Counted from the stretch's first letter, positions 10,395 to 21,360 are shown. The stretch is DNA of 64,000 bases from Burkholderiales bacterium (GCA_900290335.1 OKRD01000013.1:23329-87328), one strand, 5' to 3'. The notes: generated by a model from the sequence alone, not told the origin. Made by a program: numbers and translations.

Positions 10395-13300
10395 GCGTGG
10401 CGTTGCCACCGGCCGCCGCGGTATTGATCGTCACGACCTGCTCGGCCACCAGGCGATCGAGCGCGTAGCGGCCGGCCGCCGGGCGCAGCAGGCCTAGGCG
10501 CGCCCCCGGGCGCCGCGCCAGCGTGCGTCGCAGCGCCGCTGCCTGCTCCGGGCTGGCGTCCAGGACCACCGCATCGAAGGCTGCCTTGCGCCAATCGCCG
10601 GTCCAATCGACCAGCGCCTGCAGCGAAGGCGGCAGCTCGGCCAGCGCTGCTCTGGCGTGGTCCCGGTCCTCGAGCAGGGCCCGATTGCCGGTCGCCGCAA
10701 CCGCTGCGAGCTGGCCCAGCCAGGCCTGCGGATCGACCGGCCCGTCGGCGCCCAGGCAAAGCACGCGGCCGCGACCGCGGTACTGCAAGACGTTGGACTC
10801 CCCGGTCGGTCCGAGAAGCTCGAAGCGCCAGCCGATCGGCGTGCACTCGGCGTACTCCTGGCAGATCGGCACCAGGGCCGCCGGGCCGCGCTGTCGCAGC
10901 CAGCCCTGCAGGTCGCGCAGCGGCACCGGCGCGTCGGCCTTTCTCACCGCGCCGAGCCCGCTGGGGGCAAGGGCCTGCTGCATCGCCGAGCGCCGCAGAC
11001 GCCGCACGGTCCAGGGGCCGCCGGCCTTGGGACCGGTGCCCGACAGCCCTTGCCCCCCGAACGGCTGGACACCAACCACCGCGCCGATCATGTTGCGGTT
11101 CACGTAGACATTGCCGGCGCGCACCCGCGAGGCGATGAATTCGATGGTTTCATCGATGCGGCTGTGGATGCCGCAGGTCAGTGCGTAGCCGGTGGCATTG
11201 ATTGCGTCGACGAGCTGGCCGAGTTCCTCGCGCCGATAGCGCATCACGTGCAGGACCGGGCCAAAGACCTCGCGCCCGAGCTCCGCGATTGCGCCGATCT
11301 GCACGATGGCCGGTGCAAGGAAGCTGCCGGCCGCGCACTGCGGGCCTAGTGCCGGGCGCAGCAGGACTTGGCCTTCGGCGAGCCCGGCAAGGTACGACTC
11401 GATCGCCCCGCGGGCCGACTCGTCGATCAGCGGGCCCAGGTCGGTATCGCGCTCGATCGGATCGCCGACGCGCAACTGCGCCGCCGCGCCGATGAGCATT
11501 GCCAGCACCGGGTCGGCGATTTCCTCCTGCAGGCACAGAACCCGCAGCGCCGAGCAGCGCTGGCCGGCGCTGCCGAAGGCCGAAAGCAGGGCATCCTGAA
11601 CGACCTGCTCGGGCTGGGCACTAGAGTCGACGATCATCGCGTTTTGCCCGCCGGTCTCGGCCACCAGGAGCGCTTCGGCGCCGGCCGCAAAACCGGCAAG
11701 GGCGCCGTCGATGAGCGCGGCGACCTCGGTCGAACCGGTAAACAGCACGGCGCGCACGCGCGGATCGCCCGCCAGCATCGCTCCGACCGAGCCCTCGCCC
11801 GGCAGCAGCTGCAAGGCAGCGCGCGGCACGCCGGCGGCATGCATCAGACCCACGGCCAAGGCGGCGATCAGGGGCGTTTGCTCCGCCGGCTTGGCCAGCA
11901 CGGGATTGCCGGCGGCAAGCGCCGCGGCGATCTGCCCGGTAAAGATCGCCAGCGGGAAATTCCATGGGGAAATCGCCACGACCGGCCCCAGGGCCTCGTC
12001 GCGCCCGTCCCCGATCGCCCGTGCCTGCAGGGCGTAGTAGCGGCAAAAGTCGACCGCCTCGCGCACCTCGCTGGCGGCATCGGCGAGCGTCTTGCCCGCT
12101 TCGCAGATTGCCAGCCACATCAGGTCCTCGCGGCGCGACTCGAACGCATCGGCGACGGCCTCGAGCACCCCCGCGCGCGCCGCGCCGGTCATGCTCGACC
12201 ACGATCCGTCCAGCACCGCGGCCAGCGCCGATTCCACGTCGCGCCGCGAGGAGCCGTGCACCGTGCCCACGACCTGGTCGCGCCGCGCCGGGTTGCGCAC
12301 GGCTTGCGGCTCCGCAGCGCCCGGATCGAACTGATCCGATGCCAGGATCGGGTAGGCGCTCCACGAGCGTGCCGCCGCGACGCGGAAGGATGCGTCCAGA
12401 CGCTCCAGGGTCGGTTCATCATGCAGGTCGATGCCGCGGGAGTTGCGCCGCGCCGGCGCGAACAGCTCGCCCGGCCGCGCAATCGCCGGGTGCGGCCCAC
12501 CGCCGCAGTGCGCACTCGCGGCCAACGGATCTTCGAGCAATTCTTCGATCGCCACGCCGTCATCGACAACACGATTGACGAAAGACGAGTTGGCACCGTT
12601 TTCGAGCAGCCGCCGCACCAGATAAGCGAGCAGGGTGTCGTGACTGCCTACGGGCGCGTAGATGCGGCAGGCCGGGTACCAGGGGCCGGCCCCGATCACC
12701 ATGTCGTAGAGGCTCTCGCCCATTCCGTGCAGGCACTGGAGCTCGAAACGCGACACGCCGGCGGCCTCGACCATCTGCAGCACCGCACTCAAGGTCAGGG
12801 CGTTGTGCGTGGCAAACTGGGCGAAGAGGCGATCGTCGTGCGCCAGCAAGCGATGGGCGCAGACAAGATAGGCGGCATCGGTATGCGCCTTGCGCGTGAA
12901 GACAGGAAAGTCCTCCTGGCCCTCGACCTGGGCGCGCTTGATCTCGCTGTCCCAATAGGCGCCCTTGACCAGGCGCACCATGATCCGGCGTCGCGACTGG
13001 CCGGCCGCCTCCGCCAGCCAGTCCACCAGCGGCAGGGCGCGCCTCTGGTAAGCCTGGACGACGATTCCCAATCCGTCCCAGCCGGCCAGACCGGGGTCGC
13101 CGAGCAGGTGCGCAAACAGCTCCAGGGTCAGCTCCAGCCGTTCGCTCTCCTCGGCATCGATGTTCAAGCCGATCCCGGCGCGGCGCGCCAGGCGGCACAG
13201 TTCCTGCAGGCGCGGCAGCAGCTCGCGCAGCACGCGGCCGCGCTGCAAGACCGTGAACCGAGGGTGCAAGGCCGAGAGCTTGACGGAGATTCCGGGCCGC

Positions 13301-14052
13301 GCGTGCAGGTCAACGGCGCGGCCGGCCGCGGCATCGCAGGCGCCCGCGCCGATGACCTCGATCGCGTGGGCGTACGCGTCCAGGTAGCGCTGCGCGTCGC
13401 CGGCGGTCAGGGCCGCCTCGCCGAGCATGTCGTAGGAATGGCGGTAGCCGCGCTGCCCGGCATCACGGGCGCGCGCCAGCGCCTGTTCAATCGAGCGCCC
13501 CAGGACAAACTGCTGGCCAAGAAGGCGCATGGCAATGTCGACGCCGGCCCGTATCAGCGGTTCGCCACCGCGCGCGATCAGGCGGTTGACGGCGGCGCTC
13601 ATCCCGGCCTCGCTGTGGGTTGCCACCAGCTTGCCGGTGACCATGAGCCCCCAGGCCGCGGCATTGACGAAGATCGAGCGGCTCGCGCCGACGTGGGCGC
13701 GCCAATCCCCCTGGGCCAGCTTGTCGCGAATCAGGGCGTCGGCCGTGGCGCGGTCCGGTATGCGCGCCAGCGCCTCGGCCAGGCACATGAGCGCGACCCC
13801 CTCCTGGCTGGAGAGCGAAAACTCCCGCATCAAGGCATCGACCCCGCTGCCGCGGCTGCGCTGTCCGCGCAAGGCTTCGATCCAGCAGCGCGCCTGGCGC
13901 CGGGCCGCCTCCCAGCGGTCGGGCGCCAGCGGCAGGTCGTGCAGCAACTCGGCCACGCACTCGGCTTCGGCGCGCCGGCAATGGGCCCGAACGGCAGCGA
14001 GCGAAGGCGCGGACTGCGGGTCGTCTAAAATGGCGCTTTTCCTCCCCGACAC
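10372..14052 (-). CDS. putA: Bifunctional proline dehydrogenase / P5C dehydrogenase PutA (no N-terminal RHH domain)
   Basis: FSLSSQEGVALMCLAEAL, SYDMLGE, RLVKGAYW, FATHN, RRLLENGANSSF, AETGG and GQRCSALR. The start is uncertain: GTG at 14052 or ATT at 14031. Confidence 0.95.
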   Translation of the reverse strand: MSGRKSAILDDPQSAPSLAAVRAHCRRAEAECVAELLHDLPLAPDRWEAARRQARCWIEALRGQRSRGSGVDALMREFSLSSQEGVALMCLAEALARIPDRATADALIRDKLAQGDWRAHVGASRSIFVNAAAWGLMVTGKLVATHSEAGMSAAVNRLIARGGEPLIRAGVDIAMRLLGQQFVLGRSIEQALARARDAGQRGYRHSYDMLGEAALTAGDAQRYLDAYAHAIEVIGAGACDAAAGRAVDLHARPGISVKLSALHPRFTVLQRGRVLRELLPRLQELCRLARRAGIGLNIDAEESERLELTLELFAHLLGDPGLAGWDGLGIVVQAYQRRALPLVDWLAEAAGQSRRRIMVRLVKGAYWDSEIKRAQVEGQEDFPVFTRKAHTDAAYLVCAHRLLAHDDRLFAQFATHNALTLSAVLQMVEAAGVSRFELQCLHGMGESLYDMVIGAGPWYPACRIYAPVGSHDTLLAYLVRRLLENGANSSFVNRVVDDGVAIEELLEDPLAASAHCGGGPHPAIARPGELFAPARRNSRGIDLHDEPTLERLDASFRVAAARSWSAYPILASDQFDPGAAEPQAVRNPARRDQVVGTVHGSSRRDVESALAAVLDGSWSSMTGAARAGVLEAVADAFESRREDLMWLAICEAGKTLADAASEVREAVDFCRYYALQARAIGDGRDEALGPVVAISPWNFPLAIFTGQIAAALAAGNPVLAKPAEQTPLIAALAVGLMHAAGVPRAALQLLPGEGSVGAMLAGDPRVRAVLFTGSTEVAALIDGALAGFAAGAEALLVAETGGQNAMIVDSSAQPEQVVQDALLSAFGSAGQRCSALRVLCLQEEIADPVLAMLIGAAAQLRVGDPIERDTDLGPLIDESARGAIESYLAGLAEGQVLLRPALGPQCAAGSFLAPAIVQIGAIAELGREVFGPVLHVMRYRREELGQLVDAINATGYALTCGIHSRIDETIEFIASRVRAGNVYVNRNMIGAVVGVQPFGGQGLSGTGPKAGGPWTVRRLRRSAMQQALAPSGLGAVRKADAPVPLRDLQGWLRQRGPAALVPICQEYAECTPIGWRFELLGPTGESNVLQYRGRGRVLCLGADGPVDPQAWLGQLAAVAATGNRALLEDRDHARAALAELPPSLQALVDWTGDWRKAAFDAVVLDASPEQAAALRRTLARRPGARLGLLRPAAGRYALDRLVAEQVVTINTAAAGGNATLMSLQPA

Positions 14053-14136
14053 CGATTCTATTGCCTTGCGCCGCCGGGTCGTTGCCGCCGCGGCGCCAGT
14101 GTGCGGGCAAACCCTTCGCCGGACCCTGGCAGATCG

Positions 14137-15030
14137 ATGACGTTCGACCGAACCAATGAAGTTGCCGCGCCCGCAGCCGACGTGGGCGCGCTGCTGGAGC
14201 ATCGCCGCGAACTCGATCCAGCCGCGCAACCCATGCCGCAGATCGTCGATGGTGTCGCGCTCGCGCGCCTGTACGGCGAGCCGCTCTTTGCGCTGCCGCA
14301 GGACCTGTATATACCGCCCGACGCGCTGGAAGTGTTCCTCGAGGCATTCGAGGGGCCGCTCGACCTGCTGCTGTATCTCATCCGGCGCCAGCATTTCAAC
14401 GTGCTCGACATCCCGATGGCCAAGCTCACGCAGCAGTACCTCGCCTACATCGAGCAGATCCGTGTCCACAACCTCGAGCTGGCCGGCGAGTACCTGCTGA
14501 TGGCCGCGCTACTGATCGAAATCAAGTCACGCATGCTGCTGCCGGTTCGCAAGGCCGACACGGGCGAGGAGGTCGAGGATCCCCGGGCCGAGCTCGTGCG
14601 GCGCCTGGTCGAGTATGAGCGCATCAAGCTCGCTGCCGCGCAACTCGACGAGCAGCCGCGGATCGGGCGCGATTTCCTGCGGGCCGTGGTAGCGATCGAG
14701 CAGTCGATTGCGCCGCGCTACCCGGACGTGGTGATCGCGGATCTGCAGGCCGCCTGGATCGACCTACTGCGCCGCTCGAGGCTGCATGCCCACCATCGGA
14801 TCGCCCGCGCTGAGCTGTCGGTGCGGGAACATATGAGCCTGATTCTCAAGCGTCTGCAGAGCGCGCGTTTTGTCGAGTTTGCCGAGCTGTTCGACCCGCA
14901 CGAGGGCACCCCGGTCGTGGTTGTGCACTTTCTCGCGCTGCTCGAACTCACGCGCGAGGGCTTGGTCGATATCACCCAGGCGGCGCCGTTCGCGCCCTTG
15001 TACGTGCGCCTTTCCTACGTCACCAGCTAA
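14137..15030 (+). CDS. scpA: Segregation/condensation protein A (kleisin)
   Basis: LEAFEGPLDLLLYLIR, YLLMAALLIEIKSRMLLP and FLALLEL. Confidence 0.93.
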   Translation: MTFDRTNEVAAPAADVGALLEHRRELDPAAQPMPQIVDGVALARLYGEPLFALPQDLYIPPDALEVFLEAFEGPLDLLLYLIRRQHFNVLDIPMAKLTQQYLAYIEQIRVHNLELAGEYLLMAALLIEIKSRMLLPVRKADTGEEVEDPRAELVRRLVEYERIKLAAAQLDEQPRIGRDFLRAVVAIEQSIAPRYPDVVIADLQAAWIDLLRRSRLHAHHRIARAELSVREHMSLILKRLQSARFVEFAELFDPHEGTPVVVVHFLALLELTREGLVDITQAAPFAPLYVRLSYVTS

Positions 15031-15062
15031 GGGCCGGCGTCCGCCCGCCGCGCGTACCCATC

Positions 15063-15701
15063 ATGTATCTGCCGTCGCATTTCGAGGAGCGCCGCCCCGA
15101 GGTCCTGCAGGCGCTGATGCAGTCCCATCCGCTGGCGACGCTGGTGACCCTGACCTCGACCGGCCTGGTCGCCAACCACATTCCCATGCAGCTGCACGCG
15201 AGCGCGACCGGATCGGGCATCCTGCGTGGCCATGTTGCGCGGGCCAATCCGCTCTGGAGCGACCTGGTCGACGGCGTCGAGGCCCTGGCCATATTCCAGG
15301 GACCGGACCACTACATTTCGCCGACCTGGTACCCGACCAAGCGGGAGCACGGCAAAGTCGTTCCGACCTGGAACTACTGCACGGTCCACGCCTACGGCGC
15401 GCTGCGCGTGCATCAGGACGTGGGCTGGATCCGCTCCCAGGTCGAGGCGCTCACGGCGTGGCAGGAAGCGTCGCAGCTGCAACCCTGGTCGGTGGCCGAC
15501 GCACCCGGGGATTTCGTCGACTCGATGCTGCGGCAAATCGTCGGGCTCGAGATCACCGTCACCCGGCTGGTCGGCAAATGGAAAGTGAGCCAGAACCAAC
15601 CGGCCAGCAACCGTGCGGGCGCGGCCGCCGCGCTCGCCAATAGCGCCGATGCGGACGCAGCGGCGATGTCGGCCTTGATCCGCGAACACCAGCCCCGCTA
15701 G
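15063..15701 (+). CDS. PaiB-like FMN-binding split-barrel protein
   Basis: MYLPSHF, GHVARANP, YISPTWY, VPTWNY and GKWKVSQN. Confidence 0.88.
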   Translation: MYLPSHFEERRPEVLQALMQSHPLATLVTLTSTGLVANHIPMQLHASATGSGILRGHVARANPLWSDLVDGVEALAIFQGPDHYISPTWYPTKREHGKVVPTWNYCTVHAYGALRVHQDVGWIRSQVEALTAWQEASQLQPWSVADAPGDFVDSMLRQIVGLEITVTRLVGKWKVSQNQPASNRAGAAAALANSADADAAAMSALIREHQPR

Positions 15702-15732
15702 CGCCGGGGGCGAGGACGTGCGCGCCGGGACG

Positions 15733-17187
15733 CTACTGCTGCGACACGGAGATATCCTGCAGCGGCACGAGCTGCAAGGTCGCGGCAGGCGCCGACCCGC
15801 ATATTCCGCTGCCCGGGCTTTGGCATCCGGCAACGACCAGCGTCCAGATCGTGCCTGCGCTGAGGTTGAGCGCGATGGCGCCCGAGGTCGGCAGCAGGGG
15901 CGTGTTGACGCCCGATGGCACCAGCGCCACGGTATAGGTGCCGGCCGGCAGCGACACGTAGGAGGAGGCCGCGGGGTACGCGAGATTGACAAGGAGCCTT
16001 CCCACGATCTGCGGTGGCGTCGAGGCGTCGAGCTCCACCAGATCCACCGCGGTGATGTTGGCATTGTTCATGTCGGGGGCCAGCTGCACGAGGCGCAGGT
16101 TCGCCATGCCCAAGGCGGGCGCCTGCAAATTGTCCTGCAGGACAAGCAGCTGCAAATTGTTCGGCGCGACCCGGTTGCTCAGTCCGATGGCCATCACGCT
16201 CACCGCAGTGCCCGGACCCAAGGCCAGGTAGCTTCCCAGCCCCGTAATTTCCGTGGTCTGACCGGTGTTGGCGAACGATGCGCGGTAGGCGGCGGGCAAA
16301 ACCGCCTGGTGGGCGCTGGCGGCGTTTTGCCCCAGGCCAGAAGTGAACAGCGTCGCGCTCGAATTTGCCGCGCCGGCCGGGTCGAGAAAGGTGTCGAGCG
16401 GCCCGGCGAGGCCCGGCGCAAAATTGGCCATGCGCAACTGAACGCGCTGGTCCACCATCTGGCTAACACCGCTGTTGGCATCAAGGCGCAACAGCGAAAA
16501 TTGGGCCGCGGACCCGCTGACCGGGATGATCGCCAACAGCAGGTCGGCGCCGGCGGCAAGCGTCAGGGGGCCCGAATCGTAGACGACGGTTCGCGTGGCG
16601 TCGCCGTCGACGATGGCGCGGATCCGGTAGTTGCCGCTGGCAACGACGACGGGGGTCGGCGCGGGAGTGGATGCATCGCCGGCATACGAGACCGGCGCCA
16701 AGGAAGGGGTATTCGGCAGCGACACCGTCGGACTGCTCAGAAAAAAATCCAGTGTGCCCACGCCGGGCGTCGCGCCCACGAACGTCAAGCGTGCCTGCCC
16801 CGATGGTATGGCCGAATTGCTCTGGGCGACCACCACCGAGGTCAGTCCCCCCGTGCCCTCCACCGCCAGCACCGAGTAGTTGGATCCATTGTTGGCAGGA
16901 AAGCTGTTGGTGTACGCGGAGGTCGTCGTTCCGGTCGGCTCGAATTCGATGGTGGTGCTTCCCGTGGCAACGCTGCGAAACACCGACGCCTGCAAGTACG
17001 CTAGGTCGGTGGACGTGGCCTGCGTATTTACCAGGACATCGAAGTTGTAGGGCGCCTGGTATGCCGCATTTACCACGCGGACACTCGGAGGGCCGGATCC
17101 GCCGCCGCCGCCGCAGGAGGCGGTAGCGAGCGCGATCGTCGCGACGAGCGCGGCGGCAAGTTCGGCCGGCAGGGACTTGGGTCGCAT
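15733..17187 (-). CDS. Lipoprotein with about four tandem DUF4397-like beta-sandwich repeats
   Basis: Lipobox LATASC followed by a Gly linker. Repeated units begin VRVVNA / ARLTFVGATP / LRMANFAP / LRLVQLAP and contain G(N/T)Y motifs. Confidence 0.7.
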   Translation of the reverse strand: MRPKSLPAELAAALVATIALATASCGGGGGSGPPSVRVVNAAYQAPYNFDVLVNTQATSTDLAYLQASVFRSVATGSTTIEFEPTGTTTSAYTNSFPANNGSNYSVLAVEGTGGLTSVVVAQSNSAIPSGQARLTFVGATPGVGTLDFFLSSPTVSLPNTPSLAPVSYAGDASTPAPTPVVVASGNYRIRAIVDGDATRTVVYDSGPLTLAAGADLLLAIIPVSGSAAQFSLLRLDANSGVSQMVDQRVQLRMANFAPGLAGPLDTFLDPAGAANSSATLFTSGLGQNAASAHQAVLPAAYRASFANTGQTTEITGLGSYLALGPGTAVSVMAIGLSNRVAPNNLQLLVLQDNLQAPALGMANLRLVQLAPDMNNANITAVDLVELDASTPPQIVGRLLVNLAYPAASSYVSLPAGTYTVALVPSGVNTPLLPTSGAIALNLSAGTIWTLVVAGCQSPGSGICGSAPAATLQLVPLQDISVSQQ

Positions 17188-17320
17188 GGCGCGATGCTAC
17201 CCGAGCGCCCGGGGCCGACGCGCCCAGCCAGGGACCGCGAAGGCAAATACCTGGCAATTGTCGTCCCGGCCCCTGCCGGTGACGCGGGCACGGCATACCC
17301 AAGAGGGCAGCCTCGGGCCG

Positions 17321-18466
17321 CTACTCGGCGGTGAAAAAGCCCTTCATCTTGTCCACGAACGACTTGGCCTGCGGCGAATGCTTGGCGCCGCCCTCCTTGA
17401 TCGACAGGTCAAACTCGCGCAGCAGCTTCTTTTGCTTTTCCGTCAGACGCACCGGGGTCTCGACGCGCACGTGACAGTACAGGTCCCCCGGATAGCTCGA
17501 TCGTACGCCCTTGATTCCCTTGCCGCGGAGCCGAAACGTCTTGCCGCTCTGGGTTCCCTCGGGAATGCTGATGCTCACCTTCTCCTTGAGCGTGCCAACC
17601 TCGACGTCGCTGCCCAGGATGGCCGCCGCGATCGAGACGGGCACCTCGCAGTGCAGGTCGTCGCCGTCGCGCTGGAATACCTCGTGCGGCGTGATGCGAA
17701 TTTCCACGTACAGATCGCCAGGCGGTCCGCCGTTGACGCCCGGCTCGCCCTTGCCCGCCAGGCGGATGCGCTGTCCTTCATCGATGCCCGCGGGAATCGC
17801 GACCTCGAGCACCTTGTTGTGCTTGATCCGTCCGTCCCCGTGGCAGTTCTGGCATGGATGGGCGATGACCCGCCCGCTGCCGTGGCAGGTTGGACAGGTT
17901 TGCTGGATCGAGAAAAATCCCTGCGCCATGCGCACCGCCCCTGACCCGCCGCAGGTCGCGCAGGCCTTGGGCTTGGTGCCCGGCTTGGCCCCGGCGCCGC
18001 CGCAAACATTGCAGTTCTCCCAGGCCGGAACCCGAATGTCGGTGGCAAAGCCGTGCGCCGCCTGCTCCAGGGATATTTCCATGTTGTACCGCAGGTCGGC
18101 GCCGCGAAAGGCGTTGCCGCGACCGCCGCGCGCGCCGCCGGCACCGCCGAAGATATCGCCGAAGATGTCGCCGAAGGCCTCGGCGAATCCGCCGTTGAAG
18201 CCGGGCCCGCCGCCGAATCCGCCGCCGGCCGCCGCGTTGGGATCGACCCCGGCGTGTCCGAACCGGTCGTAGGCAGCGCGCTTTTGCGCGTCCGAGAGCA
18301 TCTCGTAGGCCTCCTTGGCCTCCTTGAATTTCTCCTCCGCGCCCTTGTCATCCGGATGGCGATCCGGATGGTATTTCATCGCCAACTTGCGATAGGACTT
18401 CTTGATTTCCTCCTCGGTGGCATTTTTCGCCACGCCGAGGATTTCGTAAAAATCGCGCTTGGCCAT
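17321..18466 (-). CDS. dnaJ: Chaperone DnaJ
   Basis: J domain with HPD, G/F-rich region and four CxxCxGxG repeats. Confidence 0.98.
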   Translation of the reverse strand: MAKRDFYEILGVAKNATEEEIKKSYRKLAMKYHPDRHPDDKGAEEKFKEAKEAYEMLSDAQKRAAYDRFGHAGVDPNAAAGGGFGGGPGFNGGFAEAFGDIFGDIFGGAGGARGGRGNAFRGADLRYNMEISLEQAAHGFATDIRVPAWENCNVCGGAGAKPGTKPKACATCGGSGAVRMAQGFFSIQQTCPTCHGSGRVIAHPCQNCHGDGRIKHNKVLEVAIPAGIDEGQRIRLAGKGEPGVNGGPPGDLYVEIRITPHEVFQRDGDDLHCEVPVSIAAAILGSDVEVGTLKEKVSISIPEGTQSGKTFRLRGKGIKGVRSSYPGDLYCHVRVETPVRLTEKQKKLLREFDLSIKEGGAKHSPQAKSFVDKMKGFFTAE

Positions 18467-18556
18467 AGTGGAGCGTCAACTCGTGAACATGTGGACAGGA
18501 CCCGGGGCGAGGCGACGAAGTACGGACAGCCGCGTTTGATCGCGCCAATGCCGAGA

Positions 18557-18600
18557 CCGGGCCGCGTGCCCCGGGGGTGACCTCGGGGCACGCAGCCCGG
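18557..18600. terminator. Long GC-rich stem-loop between dnaK and dnaJ (attenuator or mRNA stabiliser)
   Basis: CCGGGCCGCGTGCCCCGGGGGTGACCTCGGGGCACGCAGCCCGG forms a stem of about 19 bp. There is no clear U-tract. Confidence 0.5.
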
Positions 18601-18623
18601 CGCAGGGGCCACGACGGATGCGG

Positions 18624-20570
18624 TTAACCGCGCTTGACCTCCTTGTAATCAGCGTCAACCACGTCTTCCGCGCCGGCCTTGGCCGTCTTTTCCTCCGCGG
18701 CCGGCCCGCCGGTTCCTGCCGCCTGGGCGGCTGCCCCCTGGGCTTGCGCATCGGCGTAGATCTTTTCTCCGAGCTTTTGCGACGCGCTGAGCAACGCTGC
18801 CGCCTTGGCCTCGATCGAAGCCTTGTCCTCGCCCTTGAGGGCTTCCTGCAGTTCTTTGACCGCCGCCTCGATCTTGGCCTTTTCGGCATCGTCCAGACTC
18901 GCACCGTGCTCGGCCAGCGCCTTGCTGACCTGGTGCAAGGAGGCTTCCGCCGAATTGCGCGCCTGCACCAGTTCGAGGCGCCGGTGGTCTTCGGCCTTGT
19001 TGGCCTCGGCGTCCTTCACCATCCGGCCGATCTCGTCCTCGGTGAGCCCGGAATTGGCCTTGATCGTGATCTTGTTCTCTTTGCCCGTGGCCTTGTCTTT
19101 GGCGCCCACGTGCAAGATCCCGTTGGCGTCGATGTCGAAGGCAACCTCGATTTGCGGCGTGCCGCGCAGCGAGGGCGGAATACCCTCGAGATTGAACTCG
19201 CCGAGCAGCTTGTTGCCGGCCGCCATCTCCCGCTCGCCCTGGAAGACCTTGATGGTCACCGCCGGCTGGTTGTCGTCGGCGGTCGAGAAGACCTGGGAGA
19301 ACTTGGTCGGGATGGTGGTGTTCTTCTGGATCATCTTGGTCATGACCCCGCCCAGCGTCTCGATGCCCAGGGACAGCGGCGTCACGTCAAGCAACAGGAC
19401 ATCCTTGCGCTCCCCGGAAAGCACGGAACCCTGGATCGCCGCACCGACGGCGACGGCCTCGTCCGGATTGACGTCCTTGCGCGGCTCGCGGCCGAAGAAT
19501 TCGCGGACCTTCTCCTGCACCTTGGGCATCCGCGTCATGCCACCAACGAGAATCACGTCGTTGATCGCCGAGGTGGATACGGCGGCATCCTTAATCGCGA
19601 TGCGACAGGGTTCGATCGTCTTTTCGATCAGATCCTCCACCAGCGCCTCAAACTTCGAGCGCGTGAGCTTCATGTTGAGGTGCCGCGGGCCGCTTTGGTC
19701 GGCCGTGATGTAGGGCAGGTTGATTTCCGTCTGTTGACTCGACGAGAGCTCGATCTTGGCTTTCTCTGCCGACTCCTTGAGCCGCTGCAGCGCCAGCACG
19801 TCCTTGGACAGGTCCGCGCCCTGCTCACGCTTGAACTCGCCGATGATGTAGTCGATGATCCGCTGGTCGAAATCCTCGCCGCCCAGGAACGTATCCCCGT
19901 TGGTCGAGAGCACCTCGAACTGCTTTTCCCCTTCGACATCGGCGATCTCGATGATCGAGATATCGAAGGTGCCGCCGCCCAGGTCGTAGACCGCGATCTT
20001 CCTGTCGCCGCGCTCTTCCTTCTTGTCCAGGCCAAATGCCAGCGCCGCCGCCGTCGGCTCGTTGATGATGCGCTTGACGTCGAGCCCGGCAATGCGGCCG
20101 GCATCCTTGGTCGCCTGCCGCTGGGAATCGTTGAAATACGCCGGAACGGTGATCACCGCTTCGGTGACCGGTTCACCCAGGTAGTCCTCCGCCGTCTTCT
20201 TCATCTTGCGGAGCACCTCCGCGGAGACCTGGGGCGGCGCGATCTTGTTGCCGCGCACCTCGACCCAGGCATCGTTGTTGTCGGCCTTGACGATCTTGTA
20301 GGGCATGAGACCGACGTCCTTCTGCACTTCCTTCTCATCGAAGCGCCGGCCGATGAGCCGCTTGACGGCATACAGGGTGTTGCGCGGGTTGGTCACCGCC
20401 TGGCGTTTGGCCGGAGCCCCGACCAGGATCTCGCCGTCCTCCATGTACGCCACGATCGAGGGAGTCGTGCGCGCCCCCTCGGCGTTCTCAATGACCTTGA
20501 TCTGGCCACCCTCCATCAGGGCGACACACGAATTGGTCGTGCCAAGGTCGATACCGATGATCTTGCCCAT
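18624..20570 (-). CDS. dnaK: Chaperone DnaK (Hsp70)
   Basis: [17 protein letters not shown] and DLGGGTFD. Confidence 0.99.
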   Translation of the reverse strand: MGKIIGIDLGTTNSCVALMEGGQIKVIENAEGARTTPSIVAYMEDGEILVGAPAKRQAVTNPRNTLYAVKRLIGRRFDEKEVQKDVGLMPYKIVKADNNDAWVEVRGNKIAPPQVSAEVLRKMKKTAEDYLGEPVTEAVITVPAYFNDSQRQATKDAGRIAGLDVKRIINEPTAAALAFGLDKKEERGDRKIAVYDLGGGTFDISIIEIADVEGEKQFEVLSTNGDTFLGGEDFDQRIIDYIIGEFKREQGADLSKDVLALQRLKESAEKAKIELSSSQQTEINLPYITADQSGPRHLNMKLTRSKFEALVEDLIEKTIEPCRIAIKDAAVSTSAINDVILVGGMTRMPKVQEKVREFFGREPRKDVNPDEAVAVGAAIQGSVLSGERKDVLLLDVTPLSLGIETLGGVMTKMIQKNTTIPTKFSQVFSTADDNQPAVTIKVFQGEREMAAGNKLLGEFNLEGIPPSLRGTPQIEVAFDIDANGILHVGAKDKATGKENKITIKANSGLTEDEIGRMVKDAEANKAEDHRRLELVQARNSAEASLHQVSKALAEHGASLDDAEKAKIEAAVKELQEALKGEDKASIEAKAAALLSASQKLGEKIYADAQAQGAAAQAAGTGGPAAEEKTAKAGAEDVVDADYKEVKRG

Positions 20571-20671
20571 CTGATTTTCCTTTTCTCGCGCTCCAACAAC
20601 GCTGCCTGTCCCGACTACGCGGATCGGGTCTTGTGCCTGCTACCCCGTACGTGCGTCCTCTTCGACCGGTT

Positions 20672-21235
20672 TCAAGAGCCCTGGACCACGGTTACCAGGG
20701 CCGGGCGCAAAACGCGGTCGGAAATCATCCATCCCTTTTGCAGCACCGCCACGACATGGTTCGGCGCCACCGTGCCGTCACCCGGCACGGCCGAGATCGC
20801 CTGGTGGCGGTGCGGATCGAATTTCTCGCCGACCGGATTGATCTCGGTAAGGCGGCCGCGTTCGAAGGCCGAGCGCAGTTGGCGCAGCGTGATCTGCACG
20901 CCCTCGCGCAGCGCGCCGGCGCTCGAAGACTCGTCCTGGAGCGCCTTTTCCAGGCTGTCGACCACCGGCACCAGCGCTTCGGCAAAGGACTCGATCGCGT
21001 ATTTGTGTGCCTTGGCGATATCGTCCTGCGCCCGGCGCCGGGCATTTTCCGCCTCGGCGCGAGCGCGCAAGTAGAGGTCATGGTTTTCGCCCGCCCTTGC
21101 CTCGGCTACCCGCAAGGCGGCGCGCAGTTCCTCCAATGGATCGACGCTCGCGCCGGCAACCGCAACATCCCCGGGAGCGGCTTGTTCCTGCGGCAATATG
21201 TCGCCCGAGGTCCCCTCGGACTGCCCTGCAGCCAT
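20672..21235 (-). CDS. grpE: Nucleotide exchange factor GrpE
   Basis: [21 protein letters not shown] and QKGW...RVLRPALV. Confidence 0.97.
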   Translation of the reverse strand: MAAGQSEGTSGDILPQEQAAPGDVAVAGASVDPLEELRAALRVAEARAGENHDLYLRARAEAENARRRAQDDIAKAHKYAIESFAEALVPVVDSLEKALQDESSSAGALREGVQITLRQLRSAFERGRLTEINPVGEKFDPHRHQAISAVPGDGTVAPNHVVAVLQKGWMISDRVLRPALVTVVQGS

Positions 21236-21289
21236 GCAACCTCCAAGAAATTCAGCAATTATTCAATGAGTTGACCGATGCGTTGGCGC

Positions 21290-21319
21290 AGGTTGGGGCA
21301 ATCCCGGGTATTTCAAGGG
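21290..21319 (-). promoter_or_regulatory. Sigma-32 (RpoH)-type promoter upstream of grpE
   Basis: Minus strand CCCTTGAAA-TACCCGGGATTG-CCCCAACCT matches the CTTGAA-N13-14-CCCCATnT consensus. Confidence 0.7.
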
Positions 21320-21360
21320 GGAGCGCTGGAAAGAATCCCGCAACGGCCGCACTGCGGCCT

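Noticed and set aside
11368-14028. 886-aa ORF antisense to putA, and similar shadows opposite metG, btuB, ilvD, pepA, alaS and the cyclase
   Set aside because: All lie opposite well-supported genes and lack motifs.
14053-14469. Long N-terminal extension of the putA ORF given in the ORF track
   Set aside because: It overlaps scpA on the other strand and is not PutA-like; the true start is near 14031-14052.
20645-20680. Second sigma-32 promoter before dnaK (CTTGAAA overlapping the grpE stop)
   Set aside because: The -35 matches, but the -10 region (GACGCACGT) is too poor to call.
18618-21074. 818-aa ORF antisense to dnaK/grpE
   Set aside because: Long antisense frames opposite hsp70 genes are a known codon-usage by-product; there is no independent evidence of expression.
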